Assembly: GCA_045606105.1 (NCBI GenBank)
Contig: JAZURI010000011.1
Location: 64,001 to 128,000, forward strand
DNA length: 64,000 nucleotides
Reading direction: 5' to 3'
DNA from: Spirochaetia bacterium
GTDB taxonomy: Bacteria > Spirochaetota > Spirochaetia > CADAEX01
Below the pieces are notes generated by a model. That model made no database searches. It saw only the letters and a list, made by a program, of their open reading frames with translations, and was not told the origin of the DNA. Position 1 is the first letter of the stretch. Each line of letters starts with the position of its first letter. Of this stretch, positions 1-10,302 are shown one piece after another. A program made the translations under genes and the position numbers.

Positions 1-2
1 AC

Positions 3-464
3 AGGGACAAGTTCCTTACAGATACAAAGGGAACAGGAATAATGAACTCCTATTTCACAGGCTACGGAGAATACAAGGGTGACTTTGCCTCAAGACTGAC
101 AGGCTCATTGGTAGCAGACAGAAGCGGAGAGGCAGTGGCTTACGGAATCTTCAACCTGGAGCCGAGAGGAAAGATGTTCATTGTACCGGGAGATCCGGTT
201 TACGAAGGAATGATCGTAGGAGAACACAACAGGGAATATGACCTTTACCTGAACCCGACAAAAACCAAGCAGCTTTCAAACATGAGAGCCTCAGGAAAGG
301 ACACCAACGTTATCCTTACACCGGTGCTTCCCATGACACCGGAAAGAGCCCTGAACCTGATCCGGGATGACGAGCTGGTGGAAATAACTCCCCTTTCGGT
401 ACGACTCAGAAAAAAGATCCTGAGCCGTCTTGAAAGAAAAAAGACTGAACGCTTCGAGGATTAA
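3..464 (+). CDS. typA: Translational GTPase TypA/BipA, C-terminal part (5'-truncated by window edge)
   Basis: Frame is open from position 3 (RDKFLTDTKGTGIM...). Motifs VYEGMIVGEHNR, KQLSNMRASG and DELVEITPLSVRLRK are typical of the BipA C-terminal domain. Confidence 0.95.
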   Translation, partial: RDKFLTDTKGTGIMNSYFTGYGEYKGDFASRLTGSLVADRSGEAVAYGIFNLEPRGKMFIVPGDPVYEGMIVGEHNREYDLYLNPTKTKQLSNMRASGKDTNVILTPVLPMTPERALNLIRDDELVEITPLSVRLRKKILSRLERKKTERFED

Positions 465-2362
465 CCCTTTTTAACAGACCTGTATTTCCTGAGCCTGAGA
501 GCATTGGTCACCACCGACAGGGATGATAACGACATGGCTGCGGCTGCCAGCATAGGATTGAGAAGGATTCCTGTAAAGGGATACAGGATACCGGCAGCAA
601 TGGGAAGCCCCAGCACATTGTAGCCGAATGCCCAGATAAGGTTCTGCTTGATATTGCCCATGACATGGCGGCTCAGGTTAACAGCCTCGCTTACTCCTCT
701 GATATCGTCACTTACAAGAACTATGTGGGCCAGATCCTTGGTACAGTCGGCCCCGGCACCCACAGCAATGCTGACATCAGCTTCAGCCATGGCTACCGCA
801 TCGTTTATACCGTCTCCTGCCATTGCAATGACAGAATTGTCCTTTTTCCATTTTTTCAGTCTGGAAGCCTTGTCCTCAGGCAGCATTGAGGCATGGAATT
901 CCTCTATACCCACCTGCTCTGAAACAACGGCTGCACTTTTCCTGTTGTCCCCTGTAAGAAGAACCGGCTTGATTCCGTGCTCCTTCAGCCATTCCACAGC
1001 TTCACGGCTTTCAGGCTTGACCACATCGGAAAGAGCTATTATTCCGGCAAATCTTGAATCCACAGCCACATAGATAAGGGTCTTGCCCTGGTTATAGAGC
1101 GCCTCTTCTCCCTTGAAGCTGATTTTTACCTTGTTTTCCTCCAGGAAGCCCCGGTTTCCTACCAGAAGACTTTTTTCTCCGGCATTACATCTGATTCCCT
1201 TACCGGTAACCGAATTGAAATGGGATACCTGATACGGAGTTATATTCTTTTCCGAGGCATGGTTCACCACTGCACTTCCCAGGGGATGCTCCGAGTCCTT
1301 TTCCGCCCCTGCAGCCAGGGCCAGAAACTCGTTTTTATCCATTCCGTCGGTTATGATATCGGTAACAAAAGGCTTTCCCTTTGTCAGGGTACCGGTCTTG
1401 TCAAAGGCAACAGTTCTGACAGATGACAGGGTTTCGAATACTGCGGCATTCTTGAAAAGGAGTCCCAGCTCGGAGCCGCGGCCTATTCCTGTAATTACAG
1501 CCACCGGAGTAGCCAGACCGAGAGAGCATGGGCAGGCCATTACCAGAACCGAAACAAAAATCCTTACTACAAAATCTATTTCTTTTCCGACAAAGAACCA
1601 TATTCCGGCTGCAACCAGGGCAAAGGCCATAACAGCAACGGTAAACCAGCCCGATACCTTGTCGGCCAGACGGGCAATTTCAGGCTTGGAGCTCTGGGCC
1701 TTTTCCACCATGGAAATGATACCGGCCAGAACTGTGTCCCGCCCTACCTTTTCGGCACGGAAACGGAAACTTCCATTAAGGTTTATGGTTCCTCCGATAA
1801 CCTTTTCACCCGGCTTTTTCTCCACCGGCATGCTTTCTCCGGTAAGAAGAGCCTCGTCCACATGGGAGAAGCCCTCGGTTACCACACCGTCAACAGCGAT
1901 TCTGTTTCCCGGCTTCACAACCACTATATCTCCGGGAAAAATATCGTAGGAAAAAACCTCGGTTTCAACACTTCCCCTGAGAACCGTAACCTTGTCGGGA
2001 ATAAGGTCGGTAAGCTTCCGGAGTGCATCACCGGTTCTGGCTACCGAAACGCTTTCAAGATACTTTCCGAACATCACCAGGGTAATGATTACCGCCACAC
2101 TGTCGAAATAACCGTAGAAAAAGGAGGCCGTGGTACTGACAGCCACAAGACTGTCCATATTAGGTGAAAAGCGGAGAAGATTTCTGTAGCCTTTGATATA
2201 GAAGCTCCTCCCGATAATCATTACGGGAACAGCTAAAAGAAACGAAAAGATTTTTACCATATTTCCGGGAAGATCCAGAAACATGGAACTCATTGAAAGA
2301 AGGAAAAGGGGAACCGTAAAAAGAAAAACTGAAACAAGCCTTGTTTTAGCCTGCTTCAGTTC
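461..2362 (-). CDS. copA: Cu(I)-type P1B ATPase body; probably completed N-terminally by the HMA ORF via a -1 shift
   Basis: TGES, CPC, DKTGTLT, SEHPL, GDGIND, YN and MSLSS motifs. The frame stays open upstream of the Met at 2293 to 2362 (ELKQAKTRLVSVFLFTVPLFLLSM, the first TM helix). Confidence 0.93.
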   Translation of the reverse strand, partial: ELKQAKTRLVSVFLFTVPLFLLSMSSMFLDLPGNMVKIFSFLLAVPVMIIGRSFYIKGYRNLLRFSPNMDSLVAVSTTASFFYGYFDSVAVIITLVMFGKYLESVSVARTGDALRKLTDLIPDKVTVLRGSVETEVFSYDIFPGDIVVVKPGNRIAVDGVVTEGFSHVDEALLTGESMPVEKKPGEKVIGGTINLNGSFRFRAEKVGRDTVLAGIISMVEKAQSSKPEIARLADKVSGWFTVAVMAFALVAAGIWFFVGKEIDFVVRIFVSVLVMACPCSLGLATPVAVITGIGRGSELGLLFKNAAVFETLSSVRTVAFDKTGTLTKGKPFVTDIITDGMDKNEFLALAAGAEKDSEHPLGSAVVNHASEKNITPYQVSHFNSVTGKGIRCNAGEKSLLVGNRGFLEENKVKISFKGEEALYNQGKTLIYVAVDSRFAGIIALSDVVKPESREAVEWLKEHGIKPVLLTGDNRKSAAVVSEQVGIEEFHASMLPEDKASRLKKWKKDNSVIAMAGDGINDAVAMAEADVSIAVGAGADCTKDLAHIVLVSDDIRGVSEAVNLSRHVMGNIKQNLIWAFGYNVLGLPIAAGILYPFTGILLNPMLAAAAMSLSSLSVVTNALRLRKYRSVKKG

Positions 2363-2379
2363 TTTTTTTTTTCACCCTC
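2318..2379 (-). promoter_or_regulatory. Candidate -1 frameshift cassette: SD-like GAGGGT, A10 / A-AAA-AAG slippery site, 14-bp hairpin, U-tract
   Basis: Minus strand reads GAG GGT GAA AAA AAA AAG AAC TGA. Stem AACUGAAGCAGGCU (2361-2348) pairs with GGCUUGUUUCAGUU (2340-2327) using 3 G-U pairs, 7-nt loop, then UUUCUUUUU. Confidence 0.65.
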
Positions 2380-2589
2380 TATATCTTCGACAACAGTAAA
2401 GCCTGCTGCCTCAATAGTTTCGCGGAACTTGTCCACAGAAACTTTTTTTTCATTATATTCTATTTCTGCCTTTGCAGCTGCAAGATTAACCGAAACCGAT
2501 ATAACTCCATCAAGTTTACCAAGTACCCTTTCACAAGCCGAAGAACATCCGGCACAACGCATTCCTGCAATCTGCAATGTAGTTTTCAT
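2356..2589 (-). CDS. copZ: Heavy-metal-associated (HMA) domain / CopZ-like copper chaperone
   Basis: GMRCAGC metal-binding motif; 77 aa with ferredoxin-like HMA pattern; ends GEKKKN-TGA after an A10 run. Confidence 0.9.
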   Translation of the reverse strand: MKTTLQIAGMRCAGCSSACERVLGKLDGVISVSVNLAAAKAEIEYNEKKVSVDKFRETIEAAGFTVVEDIEGEKKKN

Positions 2590-2611
2590 ATCTTTAATTT
2601 AGCAGAAATAC

Positions 2612-2646
2612 AAAAAAAAAGCAACATTCCGCAAGGAAATGTTGCC
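2612..2646 (-). terminator. Intrinsic terminator after glnA (overlaps the copZ -35 region)
   Basis: GCAACATTTCC-TTGC-GGAATGTTGC hairpin followed by T9 on the minus strand. Confidence 0.8.
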
Positions 2647-2667
2647 TTTTATCAATTTTAGAACAAA

Positions 2668-4092
2668 TCAGCAGTTGAAGTAGGAGTCAAATTCTGCAGG
2701 ATGCGGAATCTGATTGATCTTCATAACTTCTGCTCTCTTTGTCTTGATGAAGTTTTTAATAAGTTCTTCAGGGAATACTCCGCCTGCTGTCAGGTAGTCA
2801 TGATCCTTCTCAAGAGCTGTAAGTGCATCTTCAAGGCGTGTAGGAAGCTGCTTGAGCTTTGCCTTCTGCTTCTCAGGGAGATTGTAAAGGTTGAAATCGA
2901 AAGGACCCCATCCGTTTGCCTTAGGATCGATCTTGTTCTTGATTCCGTCAAGACCTGCCATAAGGATTGCAGCATAAGCGAAATATGGGTTACATGTTGC
3001 ATCAGGGTTTCTGATTTCGAAACGGCGCATCTTAGGTGTCTTTGCATAAGCAGGGATACGGATTACAGCTGAGCGGTTTGATGTGGCATAACCAACTGTT
3101 ACAGGTGCCTCGAAGCCCGGTACAAGTCTCTTGAATGAGTTTGTGCTTGGGTTTGTGATGGCACAGAGTGAGTTGATGTGCTTGAGAAGACCGCCGATGA
3201 AGTAATGAGCTGTCTCGCTGAGATGTGAATATCCGTTGTCATCTGAGAAAACCGGTTCTCCGTCCTTGAGGAGGAGCATGTGGACATGCATACCGCTTCC
3301 TGCTTCGCCGAATACAGGCTTTGGCATGAAGGTTGCAGTCTTTCCGTATTTTGCAGCAACGTTGCGGATGATGTACTTGATGTTCATTGTAGCATCTGCC
3401 ATCTTTGACATAGGTCCCAGCTTAGGCTCGATCTCGAACTGTCCGGAAGCACCAACTTCAGGATGATGATATTTTACCTCAACACCTGTCTTTTCGATTT
3501 CAAGACACATTTCGCTTCTTGCATCGTAGCTTGTATCGAGAGGCTTTGCAATGTGATAGGCCTTCTGGTGTCCGATTACGTTTCCGAGACCTTCTGTTGC
3601 TGTATTCCAAGGAGCCTGCTCTGAATCAACGGCTGCACTGATATTGTTATGGCTTACTTCCCAGGCTGCTTCGTCAAAAAGATAGAACTCGAATTCAGGA
3701 AGAATCATCATTGTGTCTGCAATACCTGTATCCTTCATGTACTGCTCTGCCGCACGTACGATGTTTCTTGGGTACTGTGCCAGAGGACGGTTGTTAGGAT
3801 AGTCGATGATCATTGCGTTTCCTGTCATGGAAAGAGTAGGAATTTCGCAGAACGGGTCGATGAGTGCTGTGTCCGGGTCCGGAATGAAAACCATGTCTGA
3901 TTTTTCAACAACCGCATAACCGTAGTTTGATGCATCAAATCCGATTCCTTCCTTGAGGATATCTTCATTGAAGTGGTTAGCAGGAATTGTTACATGGCGG
4001 TACTGACCGTTGATATCCACCATCTTAAAGTCTACCATTTTGATGTCATTGGCCTTGATAAGCTCAATAATATCTTTTGCTGTTTTTGCCAT
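2668..4092 (-). CDS. glnA: Glutamine synthetase type I
   Basis: GFDAS, HHPEV, ATFMPKP, GSGMHVH, KRLVPGFEAP, NRSA, EIRNPD motifs; NLY adenylylation-type motif. Confidence 0.97.
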   Translation of the reverse strand: MAKTAKDIIELIKANDIKMVDFKMVDINGQYRHVTIPANHFNEDILKEGIGFDASNYGYAVVEKSDMVFIPDPDTALIDPFCEIPTLSMTGNAMIIDYPNNRPLAQYPRNIVRAAEQYMKDTGIADTMMILPEFEFYLFDEAAWEVSHNNISAAVDSEQAPWNTATEGLGNVIGHQKAYHIAKPLDTSYDARSEMCLEIEKTGVEVKYHHPEVGASGQFEIEPKLGPMSKMADATMNIKYIIRNVAAKYGKTATFMPKPVFGEAGSGMHVHMLLLKDGEPVFSDDNGYSHLSETAHYFIGGLLKHINSLCAITNPSTNSFKRLVPGFEAPVTVGYATSNRSAVIRIPAYAKTPKMRRFEIRNPDATCNPYFAYAAILMAGLDGIKNKIDPKANGWGPFDFNLYNLPEKQKAKLKQLPTRLEDALTALEKDHDYLTAGGVFPEELIKNFIKTKRAEVMKINQIPHPAEFDSYFNC

Positions 4093-4169
4093 AATTTATC
4101 CTTAAAATAAAATTTCAGAATTTTTGTGATGCTATTTTATATTAATTATTATATCATTACAATAAATTT

Positions 4170-6740
4170 TCAGCTAAAAATTAAATTTCCGTCCTTTTCA
4201 TCCACAAAAACATCGGTTCTGTTTCCATATTCCCCTGCCAGTATCCTTTTTGCCAGCTCATTCTGAACCATGCTCTGGATTGTCCTTTTAAGAGGTCTGG
4301 CACCGAAATCGGGCTGATATCCTTCCCTGACAAGGAGCTTCTTTGCATTTTCGCTGACTGTGAGGTTCAGCTTTCTTCCCCTGAGCCGCTGTGCCAGCTT
4401 CTCCAGTTCTATATCCACGATCTTCACTATCTGATCCTCTCCCAGCCTGTTGAACATGATGATTTCGTCAATCCTGTTGAGGAATTCGGGTCTGAAGGTG
4501 TGCCTGAGAAGATCATCGATCCTTCCTCTTGCATCCTCCGGGTTTTCCGCACCGAGAATAAAGTCGCTTCCCAGGTTGCTGGTCATGATGATGATGGTAT
4601 TCCTGAAATCCACCACCCTTCCCTGACCGTCGGTAAGCCTTCCGTCATCCAGGAGCTGCAGCATAACGTTGAAGACATCGGGATGGGCCTTCTCTATCTC
4701 GTCAAAAAGGATAACGGAATAAGGTCTTCTCCTGACTGCCTCCGTAAGCTGGCCACCCTGGTCATAGCCCACATATCCCGGAGGGGCTCCGATAAGCCTG
4801 GATACCGAATGCTTCTCCATGTACTCGCTCATGTCGATACGGGTAAGGGAGTGCTCGTCGTTGAAAAGGAATTCGGCCAGCGCCTTGGCCAGCTCGGTCT
4901 TTCCCACGCCGGTAGGGCCCAGGAAAATAAAGGTTCCCAGAGGTCTTCCCTCCTCGGAAAGGCCGGCCTTGTTTCTCCTGATGGCATCCGAAACCACCTT
5001 GATAGCCTTGTCCTGTCCCACTACCCTTGCGGAAAGGGTGCTTTCCAGCCTGATGTATTTCTCTATTTCGGAAGCCATCATCCTGGTTACCGGGATTCCT
5101 GTCCAGGCCGAAACAACACGGGCTATATCCTCTTCGCCTACCTCCTCCTGAAGCATGCTGCTCTCGCCCTGGATCTTCTGGAGCTCAAGGCTTTTTTCAT
5201 CACGCTCCCTGGTTACCTGAGGAATAAGACCGTGCTTGATTTCCGCCGCTTTGGTAAGGTTTCCCTCCCTTTCGAACCTGGCCTCCTCCGATTTAAGGTC
5301 CTCCAGCTTCTGTTTAAGGGCACGGAGCTCCTCGATGGCGCTCTTTTCGTTCTTCCACTGCAGCTTCATGGCACCCTGCTTTTCCTTCAGCTCGGCCAGC
5401 TCCTTGTCGATATTGGCCATCCGGGCCATGGAATCACCGTCGGTTTCCCTGGACAGGGCATGCTTCTCGATATCCAGCTGCAGGATCTTTCTCTCGATCT
5501 TGTCCAGCTCGGTAGGCTGGCTTTCAATCTCCATCTTCAGCTTGCTGGCCGCCTCGTCCATAAGGTCGATGGCCTTGTCGGGAAGGAACCTGGAGGTAAT
5601 GTACCTGTCGGAAAGGACTGCAGAGGCAATGATGGCCTCATCCTTGATGCGGACACCGTGATGGAGCTCGTACCTGTCCTTCAGTCCCCTGAGGATAGCA
5701 ATGGTATCCTCAACCGTAGGCTCCTTGGCATAGACTGTCTGGAAACGCCTTTCAAAGGCAGCATCCTTTTCGATATATTTCCTGTACTCATCCAGGGTGG
5801 TGGCACCGATACAGCGGAGTTCTCCTCTGGCCAGGGCCGGCTTCAGCAGGTTGCTGGCATCCATGGCCCCCTCTGCGGCACCGGCACCCATAAGGGTGTG
5901 AAGCTCGTCGATAAAGAGAATGATACCGCCGTTGCTGTCGGTAATCTCCTTCAGCACTGCCTTGAGACGCTCCTCAAATTCTCCCCTGAACTTGGCACCT
6001 GCCACAAGAGCCCCCATATCAAGGGCCAGAAGCTGCTTGTTGCGCAGGGATTCGGGAACATCCCCTGCCACTATACGCCTGGCAAGTCCCTCAACCACAG
6101 CAGTCTTTCCTACACCGGGCTCTCCGATAAGGACCGGATTGTTCTTGGTTCTTCTGGAAAGAACCTGCATGATACGCCTGATCTCCTCATCACGGCCGAT
6201 AACCGGGTCCAGCTTGTCCCGTCTTGCCAGCTCGGTAAGGTCGCGGCAGTATTTTTCCAGGCTCCGGAACTTGTTTTCGGGATCCTGGTCGGTAACCCGC
6301 TGGTTGCCCCTTATGGACTGAAGAGCCCTGAGAATGGTGTCACGGTTTATTCCGTTTTCCGAAAGAAGCCTTCCGCAGCCGGTATCTGACATGGCAACAG
6401 CCATGAAAATATGCTCGGTGCTGATATATTCATCCTTCAGCTTGTCGGCCTCACGACCGGCCTCGGTAATGATACCGTAGGCACTGCTGCTGAAGCCCAC
6501 CATGGCATTTCCGCCATAAGCACGGGCCATTTTCGAAAGCATCTGTTCTGTTTCCGAAACCAGAAGATTCCGGTCAGCCCCCAGCTTGTCCACCAGAGGA
6601 GGAACTATTCCCTCCTGCTGTGTAAGAAGAGCAAGGAGAAGGTGCTCCGGCTCCAGGGCCGGGTGATTGTATTTTTCCGCAAGCTGCTGTGCAGCTCCGA
6701 TTGCATCCTGTGTCTTTAAAGTAAATTTGTTCTGATTCAT
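4170..6740 (-). CDS. clpB: ATP-dependent disaggregase ClpB
   Basis: Clp N-domain, two AAA+ modules ([16 protein letters not shown]) and coiled-coil M domain; 856 aa. Confidence 0.97.
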   Translation of the reverse strand: MNQNKFTLKTQDAIGAAQQLAEKYNHPALEPEHLLLALLTQQEGIVPPLVDKLGADRNLLVSETEQMLSKMARAYGGNAMVGFSSSAYGIITEAGREADKLKDEYISTEHIFMAVAMSDTGCGRLLSENGINRDTILRALQSIRGNQRVTDQDPENKFRSLEKYCRDLTELARRDKLDPVIGRDEEIRRIMQVLSRRTKNNPVLIGEPGVGKTAVVEGLARRIVAGDVPESLRNKQLLALDMGALVAGAKFRGEFEERLKAVLKEITDSNGGIILFIDELHTLMGAGAAEGAMDASNLLKPALARGELRCIGATTLDEYRKYIEKDAAFERRFQTVYAKEPTVEDTIAILRGLKDRYELHHGVRIKDEAIIASAVLSDRYITSRFLPDKAIDLMDEAASKLKMEIESQPTELDKIERKILQLDIEKHALSRETDGDSMARMANIDKELAELKEKQGAMKLQWKNEKSAIEELRALKQKLEDLKSEEARFEREGNLTKAAEIKHGLIPQVTRERDEKSLELQKIQGESSMLQEEVGEEDIARVVSAWTGIPVTRMMASEIEKYIRLESTLSARVVGQDKAIKVVSDAIRRNKAGLSEEGRPLGTFIFLGPTGVGKTELAKALAEFLFNDEHSLTRIDMSEYMEKHSVSRLIGAPPGYVGYDQGGQLTEAVRRRPYSVILFDEIEKAHPDVFNVMLQLLDDGRLTDGQGRVVDFRNTIIIMTSNLGSDFILGAENPEDARGRIDDLLRHTFRPEFLNRIDEIIMFNRLGEDQIVKIVDIELEKLAQRLRGRKLNLTVSENAKKLLVREGYQPDFGARPLKRTIQSMVQNELAKRILAGEYGNRTDVFVDEKDGNLIFS

Positions 6741-6839
6741 ACCTATAAATTACAAACGAAAAAGAGTAATCGTCAACAGTCAAAAGAAATGGTTGCGGAT
6801 ACGGCAAAATTTGGTTATCATTACATCAAGGGAGGAAAA

Positions 6840-7769
6840 ATGGAAACAACAGCTGATCTCATCATAGCGGGAGCAGGCCCGGCCGGTCTTTCCGCGGCTC
6901 AGTACGGTGCAAGGGCAAATCTCCGTACCATAGTACTGGAAGAGGCTTCGGTGGGAGGGCAGAGTCTCCAGATTACCGAACTTGAAAATTATCCCGGTTT
7001 TGACAGACCTGTCACCGGACAGGAGCTGGCAGAGCACATGCGCCGCCAGGCTGAGAATTTCGGCGTCAGCTTTCTCTCCGCTTCGGTGATATCCGTAAGC
7101 AAGGAAGGTGACATCATCACTGTCAGGACCGATTCCGGAACACTTACCGCCTATGCCCTGATAATTGCCACCGGAGCCACCCACAGGAAGCTTGGGGTAA
7201 AGGGAGAAGCAGAATTTACCGGAAGAGGGGTTTCCTACTGTGCCTCCTGCGACGGAGCTTTTTTCAGGGACAGGAAGATACTGGTAATAGGGGGAGGCGA
7301 TTCTGCCTGTGCGGAGGCCCTCTACCTTTCAAATCTCTCGGACAGGATAATAATGATTCACAGAAAAGATCGTTTCCGTGCCCAGAAAGCCCTGGCCGAC
7401 CGGGTTCTTGCCAACAGGAACATAGAGGTACGCTTCAATACCGTATGCAGGGAAATAACCGGAAGCATGGGGGTGGAGGGAGTCGTACTTGAGGAAAACG
7501 GCATAAGCTACAGCCAGGATACAGATGCGGTTTTCATATTCACCGGTACGGTTCCCAGAAGCGAAAGCTTTCCGGACCTTGAAAAGGAGAGCAGCGGAGC
7601 CATTATCACGGACGAAAGGATGGAGACCTCGGTAAAGGGAATCTTTGCTGCAGGCGATGTGAGGAACACCCCTTTCAGACAGGTGGTTACAGCCTGCGGA
7701 GACGGAGCCGTGGCAGCCCATTATGCCGGTGAGCATGTCTACGGGATAAAAGGGGAAGCCTACATCTGA
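6840..7769 (+). CDS. trxB: Thioredoxin-disulfide reductase
   Basis: GAGPAG, YCASCDG, GGGDSA, FAAGD motifs; GGAGG SD before ATG 6840. Confidence 0.93.
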   Translation: METTADLIIAGAGPAGLSAAQYGARANLRTIVLEEASVGGQSLQITELENYPGFDRPVTGQELAEHMRRQAENFGVSFLSASVISVSKEGDIITVRTDSGTLTAYALIIATGATHRKLGVKGEAEFTGRGVSYCASCDGAFFRDRKILVIGGGDSACAEALYLSNLSDRIIMIHRKDRFRAQKALADRVLANRNIEVRFNTVCREITGSMGVEGVVLEENGISYSQDTDAVFIFTGTVPRSESFPDLEKESSGAIITDERMETSVKGIFAAGDVRNTPFRQVVTACGDGAVAAHYAGEHVYGIKGEAYI

Positions 7770-7770
7770 A

Positions 7771-8640
7771 ATGAGCTGGATACTTACAGAGGATTTCTTT
7801 GCATCTCCGCTGCACCGGGAGCTGAAGGCCTTTCTTACAGCCGAGGAATACAGCTGCATTGACATTACATCCCTTCTGGCCGCCCCGGACTACAATGATA
7901 AAAAGGGTGAATATACCCTTCTTGTACATGTGAGGGACAACGGAAGCCCGGATGCCGTCATATTCATTACAGCCTTCGGGAAGATGATCCCGGTTTTTGC
8001 CGATGATTTCCTGTACAGAAGAAGATATACGGAGGAGCTGCTCCGGCTGGCAGGAGAACGGCTGGAAACAGTTACGGTGATTTCAGGCAAGCCCAGGGCA
8101 GTTGAAACCGCGGCACGGGAATTCAATCCCATGGGAAACCGTATTTTCATCGATTACTACATAATGCAGCTCAGGAAGGAGAATCTTGTCCGGCCGGCCG
8201 CTGCCGAAAACACCAGGGCCCACAAGGGCTCCCTGGTTCACCTCCCCTTTCTCATACCGCTGCAGAAGGAGTATGAAATGGAGGAGGTGCTTCTGAATCC
8301 CGACTATTTTGACCAGATGGAATCAATCCGGTGGCTGAAGGCAATACTGACCAGGGAAATATGCTTTTATTCCATGACCGGACTGAAGTATACCTCCAAG
8401 GCCAATACCAATGCCAGGGGCTTCTGCCATTTCCAGATAGGGGGAGTCTTTACCCACAGGGACTTCAGGGGCCGTGGAATAGGAAAAAATACCGTCCATG
8501 CCCTGTGCAGCCACATTTTCTCACACCACGACATGCATGTATCACTTTTCGTCAAGCAGGACAACGCCTCTGCCATAAAGGCATATACAGACCTGGGTTT
8601 CAGGAACATGAACAGGATGAGAACTATCTATTATTACTGA
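7771..8640 (+). CDS. GNAT-family acetyltransferase
   Basis: C-terminal QIGGVFT..FRGRGIG and N..AIKAY..LGF motifs. Confidence 0.8.
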   Translation: MSWILTEDFFASPLHRELKAFLTAEEYSCIDITSLLAAPDYNDKKGEYTLLVHVRDNGSPDAVIFITAFGKMIPVFADDFLYRRRYTEELLRLAGERLETVTVISGKPRAVETAAREFNPMGNRIFIDYYIMQLRKENLVRPAAAENTRAHKGSLVHLPFLIPLQKEYEMEEVLLNPDYFDQMESIRWLKAILTREICFYSMTGLKYTSKANTNARGFCHFQIGGVFTHRDFRGRGIGKNTVHALCSHIFSHHDMHVSLFVKQDNASAIKAYTDLGFRNMNRMRTIYYY

Positions 8641-8651
8641 TTTATCCGATA

Positions 8652-9161
8652 TTACCAGCGGTTGAAGGAAATGACCTGATCGGTGCTTTTTCTTGCCTGC
8701 TTCCGGTTTTCATCATCTTTCTCCCCCACAACAAGCAGCATTACCGCCCGCATGGAATAAGGAAGACTGAGAATCTTCATGACAGAGGACTCGTTGAAGG
8801 TGGTAATGACACAGCTGCCGTACCCCTCCTTTTCGGCCTGAAGCATCATGAACGAAACTGCAAATGAAATATCAATGGGATATGAAAGCTGACCGTTGGG
8901 CATGACATATTCCACATTTGTGGAGCAGGCCACGATTACCGCACCGGCATCCCGCACATGTGACTGACCGTATGCAGCCTCTGCTATCCTTTCCTTGAGC
9001 TCAGGATTATCTATAACCACAAAACGCCACGGCTGACGGTTCTTGGCCGACGGAGCAAGCCTTCCGGCTTCGAGAATTCTGCTTAATTTTGAAGGATCCA
9101 GCTCTGTTTTCTTGAATTTTCTGACACTGGACCGATTTTCAATTTCTGGCAACAGTCCCAT
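8652..9161 (-). CDS. Nitroreductase family protein
   Basis: RSSVRKF and LAPSAKNRQPWRF motifs. Confidence 0.9.
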   Translation of the reverse strand: MGLLPEIENRSSVRKFKKTELDPSKLSRILEAGRLAPSAKNRQPWRFVVIDNPELKERIAEAAYGQSHVRDAGAVIVACSTNVEYVMPNGQLSYPIDISFAVSFMMLQAEKEGYGSCVITTFNESSVMKILSLPYSMRAVMLLVVGEKDDENRKQARKSTDQVISFNRW

Positions 9162-9196
9162 AATTCATTATAATCCTTTATTTTATTTGTAGTCAA

Positions 9197-10297
9197 TCAT
9201 CTGAACTGCTCCGGCGGATTGAAAAGCTCCTTTACCGAATCGATGGCAAAGGTATCTGTCATTCCCGAAACATAATCCTGGATAATGTTTTCATGGCTTT
9301 TTTCCACATTCATGTAAAAATTTTTCATTTTACCCAGATAATGACCGAATTCTCCTGCCAGTGTCGTTTTTTCAGAAGCATATTTTTCGGTATCAAAGCC
9401 GTGCCTGTCAAAGATTTCCGAAAGATAGTGCCACAGGGTACGGATAATCCTTTCGATATACTGATGATAGTTCACCAGATGACTGCTGGTATATATCCTA
9501 CTGATATTGAACTTGTGGAGGCTCAGCATTGCCTCGTAGACAGGGTCTGAAAAACCTATCATTCCATGGGTTCCGGCATTGGTTATGACATCCTTCACCA
9601 TGGTATCTATCATTTCTCCGTTCTTGGCACCGAGATTCTTCAGTACAGGAGCCGGAATATCATCCTTGCTGACAATCCTGAGGCTTATAGCATCCTCCAG
9701 GTCCCTGCCCATATAGGCTATCTTATCCGACATCCTGACCACTATTCCCTCCCAGGTACACGGAAGAAAGGTTCTGGTCCTGATACCGTCCAGCTCTGCC
9801 GGCCGGGATGAAGGGGAAAGAAACTGCTCGAACTTCTCGCCGCAGTGATTGATTATTCCGTCCCTTACCCCGTAGGAGAGGTTGATTCCCTTTCCGTCGT
9901 TGATAAGATAATCCACCACCCTGAGGGAATTTATCTCGTGACAGAAGCCGTAACCGCCGTTTTTCCTTATAAGATCTGAAATTATGCTCTCTCCGGTATG
10001 ACCGAAGGGGGTATGTCCCAGATCGTGCCCCACGCTGATGGCCCATGCCAGGTCCGTATTGAGCCCCAGCTTGTTGCAGATGGTTACCGCAATGGTGGCC
10101 ACATGCATCACATGCTCGATTCTTGTACAGATATGATCGTTCTGAGGAGCAAAGAAAACCTGTGTCTTGTGCTTCAGTCTTCTGAAGGGATATGAATGGA
10201 TTATGGCTGTCAGGTCACGGAAAAAAGGCTCCCGCACATCATCTGCACGGGAGTCTCTGCGTCTGTATAAATCCTTGAGATCTATATGATTCTGCAT
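9197..10297 (-). CDS. HD-domain dNTP triphosphohydrolase (dGTPase-like)
   Basis: FRRLKHKTQVF, TRIEH, HDLGHTPFGH, DKIAY, DYVSGMTD motifs. Confidence 0.9.
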   Translation of the reverse strand: MQNHIDLKDLYRRRDSRADDVREPFFRDLTAIIHSYPFRRLKHKTQVFFAPQNDHICTRIEHVMHVATIAVTICNKLGLNTDLAWAISVGHDLGHTPFGHTGESIISDLIRKNGGYGFCHEINSLRVVDYLINDGKGINLSYGVRDGIINHCGEKFEQFLSPSSRPAELDGIRTRTFLPCTWEGIVVRMSDKIAYMGRDLEDAISLRIVSKDDIPAPVLKNLGAKNGEMIDTMVKDVITNAGTHGMIGFSDPVYEAMLSLHKFNISRIYTSSHLVNYHQYIERIIRTLWHYLSEIFDRHGFDTEKYASEKTTLAGEFGHYLGKMKNFYMNVEKSHENIIQDYVSGMTDTFAIDSVKELFNPPEQFR

Positions 10298-10302
10298 CTT
10301 TA

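Noticed and set aside
4500-6389. 629-aa plus-strand ORF antisense to clpB
   Set aside because: Shadow ORF typical of conserved chaperone genes with biased codon usage; no motifs and no plausible start signals.
9197-10297. dGTPase as an anti-phage defence gene
   Set aside because: Host-like composition, housekeeping-type short form and no defence-island context.
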